A stretch of DNA of 64,000 bases from Chrysemys picta bellii (Eukaryota). The position numbers and the translations under genes are program-made. A model generated the notes under the pieces. It did no database searches and was not told the origin of the DNA. It worked only from the letters and a program-made list of their open reading frames with translations. Location of the stretch: NCBI RefSeq assembly GCF_011386835.1, contig NC_088792.1, positions 287,060,001 to 287,124,000 of the forward strand. The letters are read 5' to 3'. Shown in pieces: positions 45,721-57,800 of the stretch (positions are counted from its first letter, which is position 1; each line of letters opens with the position of its first letter).

Positions 45721-45874
45721 GCCACATGACACATCTTGCTTCTGGTTATGTGTCCGCCTTGACCCCAGAAGTAATACCCCATGGATGTGGGACTTCTGGT
45801 GACGGGTGGGCAAGGGGTGGGTGAACATTTGATTGACTACTGGAGTGCCTTCTTCTATTTGTCTTCATTCCGCT

Positions 45875-48800
45875 TCATTCCACAATCACTCGGCCAGAAG
45901 AGATGTCACTTATAATCTCAGTTGCCACCAGCTGGACAGTGGGACTTGGGTCTTTTTGTAGGACCTGGAGAGCTGAAATTACAGAGGACAACACGTTAGT
46001 GAACAGACTGTCAAATCACAGCTAAGTGTGATCACAGAACCTTGAACTACCTGAGCAGAATGATCACATGGAAAAATGTGAGACTGGGCTCAGTCCTTCT
46101 AATGGGATGGAAAATACATGAGAGATGAATATGCCCCACTTTTCGTATAGTCACCTCTGCCTGAAATAGCTGGTGACTTATTACCACTGAATACCACACT
46201 ACAGCAGCTCTCCAATACAAACAAAGCTTTAGGTTCCTCCGCTGGGTCCCTTCTATGCTCTCAACTAGGGGGAGACCCTGACTCTACCAGAAAGTCATCC
46301 ACTCTGCTGTAAATGGAAGAAGGCCCATTGTTTCAATAGCTTCCACTTTTAAGTTTATTTTCCATCTCTATTCAGGAGACACTGCCTGAGCTCAACTAAA
46401 CCTGGAGTTTAACAGAGGCCAGCTCCAAGCTGGTTTATGCAGGATACAGGGCACCTACTGGAAGAAAAAATGCGGGTGGGAAATTCGAGGTAGCAGAAAG
46501 TGACGACAACTTCTTCTCACCTGGGGAGTCCACAGAGAGCCAATAAAGCCCCAAGAGTGGATAGCACTGGCTGTGGAGGGGGCATTGCCGGGACAACCAG
46601 GAGATGTACTGACTCATATCACACCTTCTGCAGCTTCCTCCTTTAGGGAAAATTAAAGCAGACTTTCTACTGGGCAAGAGTGAATTTGTCCTTTGCTGTG
46701 GGGCTGATGCACTTTGCACCAGTGGTATCGGTTACTGCTGCTTGCCAGCTAAATTCCTTTAGAACTCACTAATGAACAGGACTTCAGCTGTATTTATTAC
46801 TTACACATCAGCAGATATTCCAGGTCCAGCCATTTCATACGCTGCCTGTCTGTGTGTTCCAGGATGATGCCTAAATACACAATGTAAAATAAATAACAAC
46901 AATAATAATAAAACCTTCCCTTGTTGAGTGCAAAGTGATATTAGCAGCCCCTAGACAGGTCTTTGGCATCTCCTACTGTGGGCCTAACGGTGAGCTGTGG
47001 GCAAGAGGATGCTAGAGCAGTTTAGAGTCCACACTGAAGAGAATGAGAGAGACATTTTTTAAAAAGAATGTTTCCATAAAACCCATTTGCTTGAAACAGT
47101 CTGTGTTCCTCTTGCCACTGCTGTCAGTTATTGGAGACATACTAAGATAGTGTCTTGGTCTAGTGGTCTGAGCAAAGGACTGGGGCCAGGAATAAGTGAG
47201 TTCGAAGCAGGGATCTCACAAGGTGACTGATAGGTGAGACGTAGGCCACAATGCCTGCCTGTCTCACATGGGTGTGCTAGGGTGAAGAGGGCACAGGGCC
47301 AAAGAGGAGGAACCTAATGCTTCCTTGACAAGGTGGTGTGGCCAGGAACCTGAAACAGCAGGTGCTATGGGGAGGTGGGCTGCATGCCTGCCAATGATGA
47401 AGTGGCAGTGAGGAGCACTGAACAACACTGCGGGTAGGTCTGCACTTTGATCTAGGGGTATCACTCCCAGTTCAATGGGACAGGCCCACACTGGCTCTGA
47501 CAGTGATAGCATGCTAACATTCGAATGTAGCTAAGGCAGCACGAGCAGTGGGAGGAGCTAGCCACCTTAAGAATAGACTTTGGGGTTTGGATGGGATAAT
47601 TCTTGGGGTGGTTAAACCTTCTGCTGCTCCTGCCATTGCAACTACTCTGTATTTCTAGCACGCAGGACTAGTGCGGGTACGTCTCATCAAGCTGGGAATT
47701 ATACACCCAGCTCAAAGTGTAACCATGCCCTACATGACAATGTCCCTGCCTCTACTACTAAATGACTGCACCGTGCTTTCCCTGCAATGATCCCGAAGCA
47801 CTTGATAGCAACTAATCCACCACACTGGAGAGGTAGGGATATTAACATCTCCATCTATGGATGGGAAGCTGAGGCACAGAGAGATTAATGGCAGCTCAGC
47901 GCTGCATAGTGGGATTGTTTCTGTCTCCCTCAATGGAAATACCGAAAGGGACACTGGGCATCATCTCTCACCAGCTAAGTTGGCTGCAACTGCCCGGATC
48001 TCTTCCCAGCTGCTATAGAAGTACGTGATGGTGGTTTGGTACAATTTCTCCAGCAGCTCTGCATTCTCTTTGGCCTAGAGGAAATCAGGGACACATGAGC
48101 TCTCTCTGGCTAGAAGTGCCCTTTGACTGCCAGCACATGCTTTTACGAACCACAGGTAAATCAGAGAGAGAACAGGTGGCTGGGTAGAAGTGGGAACAAT
48201 GGGAATGTGTGGCAGATTTACATTTCCCATCACCCTCAGTCATATATCCCACTCTTACAGTTATTTACATCATCCATCACACATCCCCCCCCCCACCTCT
48301 ACACCACCACTCCAGTCAATAATCTCAGACAGTTCAACAGCTCACTCACAAGGTGTCTGCAAATGTCCACCTGGAGCTCTTCGGGCTTCAGCTCGGCTGT
48401 GCCACCAAGGTGCTCATTAATTGCACTTTGGAGTCTCTTCAGTCCCAAAAATGGGAAACAGAGGTGAAACGTAGCTCTGCATTCCTGAAAAAGAGTGTCA
48501 CACCATTGAATTGTTCCCTACCAAGTGCTATGTTCATTCAAAGGGAACTCATCTGCGTGCCTGCTCATCTATTCCAGGATCAAAAAAAAGGGATTCATCT
48601 GGATGTAATTGGCAGAAAACATGCAGGAATGACTAATAGACGGGAGAGCTTCAACTGAAACCTGGAGGTAGCATCAATGTCTTTTGGGAACAGATATACC
48701 GATGAAAGCTGCTACACCAGGCATAGCTGTGGTCTCTCTGTTCTGGGGAGGCAGGGACCTGGGGTGCAGAGACAGACAGGAACAGAGACCTGTCGGGGTC

Positions 48801-51800
48801 AGACCCATGACCTCTCCTGGATTCTGGTGAGGCAGCCATGGACCAACCTGGCTGGAACTGACTCAGCAGGAGGGCAATGAACTGAGGGGAGAATTTGGGC
48901 CTCCACAGCAGGCAGGAATAGCAGAGCTCCCCTGGCATTGGGAGGAAGATTCCTTTTGCTTAGTAAATAAGTCACTGTCGGTCTTACCATTGAAATCTCA
49001 GGGTTTGGGTCTTGCAGGTGCAGCAGAAGTGTGACCCAGCTCTTTTTAACCTGGTCGGCGAAATAGGTCTTCCATTTTCTCTTTGTCAGCCGGGCCAGGA
49101 TGCCAAATAGGATAAAGGCCATTGAGCGAAGAGCATCATCCTCCTACAGCCAAGAAAGCCCCGCAAGTTAGTAATTAAGAGACAATCACATCATGCACTT
49201 TGCACAGCCATCTCTTCTACGCTAAAGTAGAGTGATTCCAACTACAGCTAGTTGGAAAAAGGGTAATTAACCAATTTTTTGTTCGAATTTGCTGATTCAT
49301 CAAAATATTTTAGAGACCGTTCAGTTTTGATGAAATTCCTCCGGAAGCCAGGTAGGGGTCCTTAGAAACTTGCCTGGTGTCTTTCCAGTGCACCCATCCA
49401 GCTCTGTGGCAGCCAATCTAGGAGGCTGATTGGGATCATGGGCTTCCAGGCCCCCAGCTTCTGGGACCCTGGGAGTCCTGGCTCTCAAATTTGTAACTCC
49501 CTGGCACTTCTAGCTCCCAGAGTTTCCTGGGTTCCCAGCACCAGGATAGTCTGAGAGCAGACTGCCCTGGGCCAAGGCTTCCAATAGAGCTAGGTTGAGA
49601 ATAGTAATTCTGTTTCACAAAGAGTTTTGAACTTTGGGGAGAGGGGTTCCCACAAATAGGAACAAAACCCAAATTTGAAATCTCTAAATTCTGTGCAAAA
49701 CGGAATTATCATTCCAACCCTCTCACATAAAAATGGTATAGAACAAGCCCAACACTCTCTCTTGTACTCTGTAACCCCCATTTCATGGTTATCTAGCTAT
49801 CTAATCTAGTATTCAGATTTTCTTTGAGGTTCTCAGTGGCAATAAAGAAGAATAGACGGGTGAGACTGTGGGAGCAGGGATGTCATCCCCATCCTCCTAA
49901 TGTTCTCCTCCTCCGTAAAACACCTCTCTTCCCTGGGGCCTAAAATCTCTTCACTCCGACATGAGCAATGCCCAGGGAGTCCACAGCACGCATTGTAAAT
50001 GGAGTCTAATCAAGATCGGTTGAACTGGGGTTGGAGAGATCTGTTCACATACATCGTCAAAGTAGGTCCGGATCTGTTGGGTGAGGTCTTTGAAGGAAGA
50101 ACCTATGTCCTTCTCTTTCAGCTCCTTCAGGACTTTGGCCAGTGCTTTCATGCTCTCGCCAATGACTTCCGAACTGAAAATGTCATGTAAGGCCCCGATC
50201 AGTATGTCCAGAAGAAACTTCTTGTGCTTTTTCACCTGTACAAACATATGACATTAAAGAACACTTATCACTGATCACACTTCTAATAAGTTTTCTTTAG
50301 CAATTATGAAGCTGTGGGAATTTCATCAACCTCGTCTCCCCCCAGAGACCTATAGCTATATTTCAGACCAGGTGCTAGCTACAATGAGCCCAACTTAGTA
50401 CCATAATATCCCTGTGTAATTCTATTATTAGATTCCTAGTTACTTAGATTCCAAGGCCAAAAGGGACCATTGTGATTATCCGGTCTGACCTCCTGCATAA
50501 CATAGAACTTCCCTGAAATAGTCTCTGTTTGAACTAGAGTGTATCTTTTAGAAAAACATCCAATCTTGATTTTAAAATTGCTAGGGACAGAGAATCCACC
50601 ACAACCTTTGGTAAATTGTTCCAATGGTTAATTAAAATTACCATTAAAAATGTATGCCTTATTTCCAGTCTGAATTAGCCTAGCTTCATTTTTCCCCATT
50701 GAATCTTGTTATACCTTTGTTTGCTAATGTGAAGAACCCATTATCAAAATTTATTCCCCATATGAGTAGTTATAGGCTGTCCTCAAGTCACTCCTTAACC
50801 TTCTTTTTGTAAAGCTGAATAGATTGAGCTCCTTGAGTCTATCACTAAAGGGATATTTTCCAATCCTTGCGACTCTTCTCTGAATCCTCTCTAATTTATC
50901 AGCATCCTTCTTGAACTGTGGACACCTGATCTGGACACAGTATTCCAGCAGTGCTCACATGAGTGCCATAATCAGAGGGAAAATAACTTCTTTACTCTTC
51001 TTCAAGATTCCTCTGTTTATACCTCCAAGGATCATTTCAGCCCTTTTGGCCACAACTTCGTATTGGGAGCTTATGTTCAACTGATTATCTGCCATGACTC
51101 AAGTTCTTTTCAGCATCATTGCTTCCTGCAGTAGAGTCTCTCATCCTGTAAGTATGGCCTGCATTTTTTGTTCCCAGATGTATACATTTACATATGGTCA
51201 TATTAAAGTGCACATTGTTGACTTATGCCCAGCTTACCAAAGGATCCAGCTTGCTCTATGTTTACTGCAAAGAGGTTACTAGGGTATGTGAGAGAGCAGA
51301 ATTTGGCCTAGTGCATTTTGTGCAGCCTCTGGAAACTCTGAACAACTCTCGCTCTTGGTTTCTCTAGTTATGCTGCATTCTATTCAGTAATCTCTCTTAC
51401 CTTCTCAGGCGCCCCATAGACTAAATTTCCCAGGCCTCTCACAGCCATCTGGCGGACAATGCTGTTCCTATCCTGTGACCTTTCTTCCAAGATGCTCAAG
51501 ACAGACTTAAGGAACTTCTTCTCCCTGAGCATGGGGTCACTCATTAGCTGAAATAAAATCAACATGTCCATTAGCCCCAATATGATCATTAAGATTGGGA
51601 ATATAATTTTAGCAGACATGGAATACACTAAAAACAACAAGGAGTCCTCCTACAGTCACAGTCTTGTGGATACAGACTAATATGGCTCCCCCTCTGACAC
51701 TTGGCGCATAAGACACTGTAACTTTATTATTCCACACAAATGAGAAATGTCTTAAAACATGGAGCTTTCCTTTTGGGCACTATCATAGGGATCCACTCAC

Positions 51801-54800
51801 CTCTTGAGAACCTCTTAGTGGCTGGGTCTGGTACCACAGTCCTTTTCTCACCCCGGCGCACCCTGCCAGCCGACCTCAGTGAGTCTTCTGTGGCTCAGGC
51901 CTCTGGCTGTGTCCCAAAGTCCAAATGAACCCCTTCTGGGGTAGTCAAGAACAATCCCATTGCCCTCACTAGGGTCTCCAGGCCCAACTCTGGGTCCTTG
52001 AAATTCTGCCCTTTGTTCAAGCTCTCCATAAGCATTGTCCCCTCCGTGGGGCTTATGCCACTGTAGATGGTGGGGGAACCAGGGCCTGCCCATAACTCTG
52101 GGTTCCAAACCATGGACCCTGGAAACAGTAGTTAGGCACTGCTTGATTTCAGTTCATTTTTGCTTCTTCCTACCGGCCACTTTTAGCTTCACCCTCACCT
52201 CCGGGTTAAAGTTCTTAGGGACCCTCTTCCTGCAAATCCAGTTTAAGCAAATGCTGCCAGAATCAAACTCTGGCTATCCCCCGAATTTCTGTGGCCAGAG
52301 AGCAGCCCCCTTTCTTGCCCCTCCAGGTCCTGCCAGGAACTGACCTGCTAAGGCCCTGCAGCTCCTTTGAGCTGAGCCTGATGGGCTCTGATTGGCTGCT
52401 TTCGTGAGGCCTCTCTAGTCAGACCCAGATTTGTGGCTGTTTGCCTGGGGCAGGGTGTAGTAGGACCACGGGGCCTCTTGTAAGGGGCCTCAAAGCCCAG
52501 GTACAGCCCATCACAGGCACAGATCGATCGTTTTTCTTAGAACCAGATGAGCCCCTAAGATAGCTGCTTAGCATAAGTGGGAAATATGATGCCGATGTTA
52601 GAGGAAGGCTGTGGAAAGGGCGGATGGTCCAGCTGCTATCACACTAGCCCAGGACTTAGGAGACCCAGGTTCAATTTCCTGCTCTCTCAAAGACCTTGGG
52701 CAAGTCACTTAGCCCTTCTGTGCATCAGCTCCCTGCCTGTAAAATAGGAATCATTGTGCTTCCCTACCTCCCAGGAGTGTCGTGGGGATACAGACATTAA
52801 AGAGTTTTGAGGCACTCAGATACTACAGTAATGAGAACCTAGGATAGATGTGAATGTATTTGTATGGTGCTTGTTTTTATAGTATTAGGACACTAGGTTC
52901 ATTCAGAAGTTCTGCTGAGCTAAACCAAGATCAGGAGCTGTTGGTTAGTATCAGCACTAGGACTTGGCAGAAGAGGTCCAGGAATTCAAACTCTCTCTGT
53001 ATCTCTCTCAGCCAGCACCAGTGGTTGTGTAGCTAGCATAGGCAATGACAGCAATAAAAATATCAGAGAGAGAATGACTCAGAAAGGTGTAATGAAATTC
53101 CTTGTGAGGTTTCCATATAAAGGAGGACCCATTCTACTATCTAAAATGACAATTACTCCTATGAACTGAACTGTAGAACTCCCAAAAGAAAGGCAAACAT
53201 GAGACAACAGTCTAATGGTGAAACTGCTCTTCAGAACCCTGTGTCTTACCTGGGCAAGGAAAGCTGTGCTGGTGACTCGGAGGTTTTCTGTTGGGGAATT
53301 CACCCAGGGGAGGAGGCTCTGTAAGATCTCAGGTGTTACTAGTTCAGATCTTAGCAGAACACTGGAAGACAAAATAAACCGCTTATGGGGTAGATTGCAC
53401 ACTTCAAAAACTCAGCTGCTCTGAGCATACAGCTCTGATATCTATGAATGGGAGCTGTGTGTTTCCACCCAGGGCACCCCCCACAAAGCTATAAACTGGA
53501 GGTTCCCTCTCAGCCACTCTATTTGCTACTGATTCCCAAGGATAAAATCATGCCTCCTAGATCTCTTACCTCACCAGCAGACACACTCCCTCATGGTGAG
53601 TCTTGGGGTTTTCAAGCAGACTCTGTGTTCTCTGCTCCCTGAGCGCTCTCGCCAGTCTCTCATTCCCAGCTCTGAAAAGCACAGCCTCTAATGCTTGGAT
53701 AGAAAGCCTGGGGAAAGAGAGGCACAGAACTGCAGCAATCAGTAGGAAGGTGCAGCCTGAACAGAGTCAGGAAGCCCCGGTTACTTGTCAGGTCTGCTGT
53801 TCATCGACAGTTCATCCATTGGCAATATCCTGGACACCAGTGTCCCTGGAAGGACTTGATGCCGGGAGGTAAGTTTCAGTCTCATACATCTCATATGACT
53901 AGTTTTGCTAGAGACAAAATTTTGCAGTCATTTTTTCCTTCCTGCAAGGAGTCTGGGCACTAGCAGAGTACAATGATATGGAAAAGATACATGATCAGGA
54001 CCCAAACACTGGGGACATATAGTGTGGTGATCTCTAATGGACATTTTGGGGTCATATCTCCAGATAGGATGTGACAGAATGCTGAGGGTTTGCACTTGAG
54101 TCAGCACTCTGGTCACTATTAGTACTAATTTGGTTCCTCACAGAAGGCCTAATTGGACAGAGGTGTACCTGATTACAAGGTCCGATTGGGGCTAGTGAGT
54201 CAAGGAACCGATCATTCCATTAACTGGGAAACTGTATAAAAGGACATGGGCAAGAACTAGGATGATCAGAGGAATGGAAAACCTGTCGTATGAAAGGAGA
54301 CTAGAGGAGCTTGGGTTGTTTAGTCTGACAAAGCGAAGGCTGAGGGGGGATATGATTGCTATCTTTAAATATATTAGAGGGATTAATACAAGGGAGGGAG
54401 AGGAATTATTCCAGCTTAGTACTAATGTGGACACGAAAACGAATGGATATAAACTGGCCGTGGGGAAGTTCAGGCTTGAAATTAGACGAAGGTTTCTGAC
54501 TGTCAGAGGGGTGAAATATTGGAACGGCCTTCCGAGGGAAACGGTGGGGGCGACGGACCTGTCTGGTTTTAAGATTAAGTTAGATAAGTTTATGGAGGGA
54601 ATGGTTTAATGGTAAAACATAGTAGCCAAGGAAAACCAAGCAATGGTAGGTAAATAGTATAATGGCTAACAGGGGTCAGGCTAGAGACTCTTGCCTACAT
54701 GCTCGGGGTCTTACTGATCGCCATATTTGGGGTCGGGAAGGAATTTTCCTCCAGGGTAGATTGGCTGAGCCTCTGGAGGTTTTTCGCCTTCCTCCGCAGC

Positions 54801-57800
54801 ATGGGGCAGGGATCACTAGCAGGAGGGTCTCTGCCGATTGAAGTCACTAAAACACAGGATTGGGGACTTCAACAGCAGAGTCCAAGGAAGGGGAAGGGAC
54901 GGTTTTATGGCCTGCAGCATGCAGGGGGTCAGACCAGATGATCATAATGGTCGCTTCTGACCTTAAAGTCTATGAGCTCTTTGAGGGGAACAGACAGAGA
55001 AAGAAACTTGGGTGACCAGATGTCCCGATATTTGGGGCTTTATCTTATACGGGTAACCCTGGGAACTCCTGGGGGGTGTCACACAACTCTATTGGAATTC
55101 TCTTTGTTTCTCTCCCTGCCTTCTAATTACCGGCAAGGGTCGCCCTCAGTATGCTGTAGGTCTTTCCGGAATTCCCTCTGGCTGCTTATCCTTGGCAAAG
55201 GCATCTCTTGTCCAAGAGTTTGGCTGATCTGCTGCAGGAGAACAGGAAACAACTCTGGGAGCAGCTCCTGCACAGCTTTGCTCGACTGCAGTGCTGACAC
55301 CACCTCAAAGATGGCACATGTTGCCTGAAAGGAGAGAATGGTAAAAACTGAGCTCTCTTCCCAACACCATCACACCCTCTCTCCCCTGCTGAGATCTGCT
55401 GTACTGTACTAAATTCTCACTTCTGCCAGTAACTTGAATGGCTGCGAGCAACTCGCTTAACTCGTGGCTCAGTTTCCCACATCTGTACAAATGTGGATGA
55501 CCTACCAAGGCATGTTGTGAGTCCTAAGGAATATTTGCAAAGCACTGTGAGAAACCTGGTTCAAAGACTTTCTAATTGCCAGATGTTATTAGGTAAATCA
55601 GCCACGTACTCTAAAACTGCCGTATTTGTTCCACAGACAGCAGAGCTGGACTCAGGGAAACAGTACATCAGAGGAGAAGTGCCCACACAGCAATATTATA
55701 CCACACTTCTAGCTTTGCATCAGCGGGATTGTCACAGGGCAGAGGAAAGCCTGAAAGACGTGTCTGTCTTTACTTACTGAGAGAGGTTCAGCAGCTGCCA
55801 AATCCCTGTCGATTTCAGTCTCTGAGGTGATGCGGCCTTCTTGTCTTGTTGGAGTCTTTATCTTGTCTATCAGGATCTTTAGGACTTGAGTGGCAAGCAA
55901 GGGGTCTCCCCCCAGAGATCTCCACAGCTCAGTGATGTCACTGCAATTTAACAGAAGTTACATGTGACCCCTGGACACTTTTGTGGCTCAGACTGAATAC
56001 GTCATATTTAAGTAAAGACCAAATTTTCTCCTTGCCAATGATGAGAAAGTTAGGAGTACTGTCCTCCTTTAACGCTCCTCGTGTTTAAATACTGAGTTTC
56101 CAGTTACAGAACTAGGTTAAGTGACCTAGTCTTACTGCAGCCTCACCATTAATACTAGACTTCAGAAGGACAGGACAGAGAGCGCCAACCTCAGTTCCTG
56201 CTTTCCCATTTTCCAGTAAATATGGAATCATGACCATGTGGCTACAAAGATCTAGGGTTTGGAAGGCAAGTTGATGAAGGAAAAGCCATATTCCTACTAA
56301 CTGGTGTGATATAGCATGGCCAGAGGACAGCAGGAGAGTGATAGGTGGGAGATATGTAAGCCCCAGGATGATGAGAGCCTTAGTCCCTGTAGAGGGAAGA
56401 GAGGCTGCTACAGCTTAAGAAGAGCACCTGAAACCAATTAAGCCAATTAGAGCACCTAAAGCCAGTCACCTGATAAAACCCCCTGCTTCAATCAGACAGT
56501 TGGAGGAGTTGAAGCAGAGTGGTTTGGTGTTGGAGCAGAGAGCAGTTTGGAGGAGTTGAAGCAGAGTGGTTTGGTGTTGGAGCAGAGAGCAGTTTGGAGG
56601 AAGCAGTTTGGAGAAGTGCTGTGGCGGGGCCAGAAGACCAAGACCCTAGGTAAAAGGAAACCCGGCTTGTGCAGAGCAGAGGGACTCTACAGACACAAGG
56701 GGTTGGGAGAAACTTGGCCCAAGCGGAGAGAGGGCAGGAAGCCCCACAAGCTGAAGGGCCGGAGAGGGAAGTAGCCCAGGGGAAGGAATCGCTAGTTCAA
56801 GTGGTTCACTGCTATCCCTATAGCCCCTGGGCTGGGACCTGGAGTAGAGGGTGGGCCCAGGTCCCTCCCTCTCCACTCCCCTTTTCTGGGACACTAATGC
56901 GACAGTTGATACCCCAGTTCAGAGGTGAGAAACGGTGCCCTGCACCCCCACAAGAGGAGAAAGTGCGGGACGCAACATAATAGTGCTGGCAATTTACCAC
57001 ACTGGACATACAACTATGAGACCAAATATTCGTGGCCATCCTATGTCCCCTTCACAAAGGGTGTCCCTACCCTCTGTTTGCCAGAAACTGGGACTGGGCA
57101 ACAGGGGATGGATCACTTGACAATTACCTGTTCTGTTCATTCCCTCTGGGGCATGTGGCACTGGCCACTGTCTGAAGACAGGATACTGGGCTAGATGGAC
57201 CTTTGGTCTGACCCAGTGTGGCCGTTCTTATGGTCTTAGATTCCAGCACTGATAACTGATAACTCAGTTAGGGATCTTTAAATGAAATGATGGATCTGCT
57301 TCCAGTCCAGTTTTAAGTACCCAGGACAGCAACTCTACTCTAGCAGCCACACCCTCACTGATACCAAGCGGAGGTCTGATGATAATATTGGCTTTATTCT
57401 TTGCAATCAGCCAGGGATTTGGACTTGAAGCTGTCATGCTACCAGGAAACCAACAGCCACTGCTAATTTCCGGAGTGAGGTCAATTCAGGTGTCCAGAGA
57501 TGTAGATGTTTCCAACAATACACTCCAGTTATACCAGTAAAGATAGGTCTTTAGGATATCAAAGCAGCTATTAATTAATGGAAACAGAATGACACTTAGT
57601 TTCTCTCCGCACCCCACCTTAACGTGCTCTTGGACCTTCCTGCAGAAAGACCCAGGCTATTAACCTTTAGGAATTATCCCAAACTGTTTGCTGCTTAAAT
57701 AAAGCCCTACATCTCCCAGTAAAGCTGTGGGATCCATGTTTCACCAAGATGAATGCAATAGGTAGCGGTATATACCTGTCCATCGGCAGAGGTTCGCCGA

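Larger units (their letters stand above)
33201..45841 (+). mobile_element. Polinton/Maverick (adintovirus-like) endogenous element, both ends present, internally deleted and decayed
   Basis: Termini AGTAGC (33201) and ACTACT (45841); 6-bp target duplication GGAGTG at 33195-33200 and 45842-45847; long TIRs (33201-34219 and about 44337-45841); pPolB, ATPase, protease, capsid and integrase remnants inside. Confidence 0.93.
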
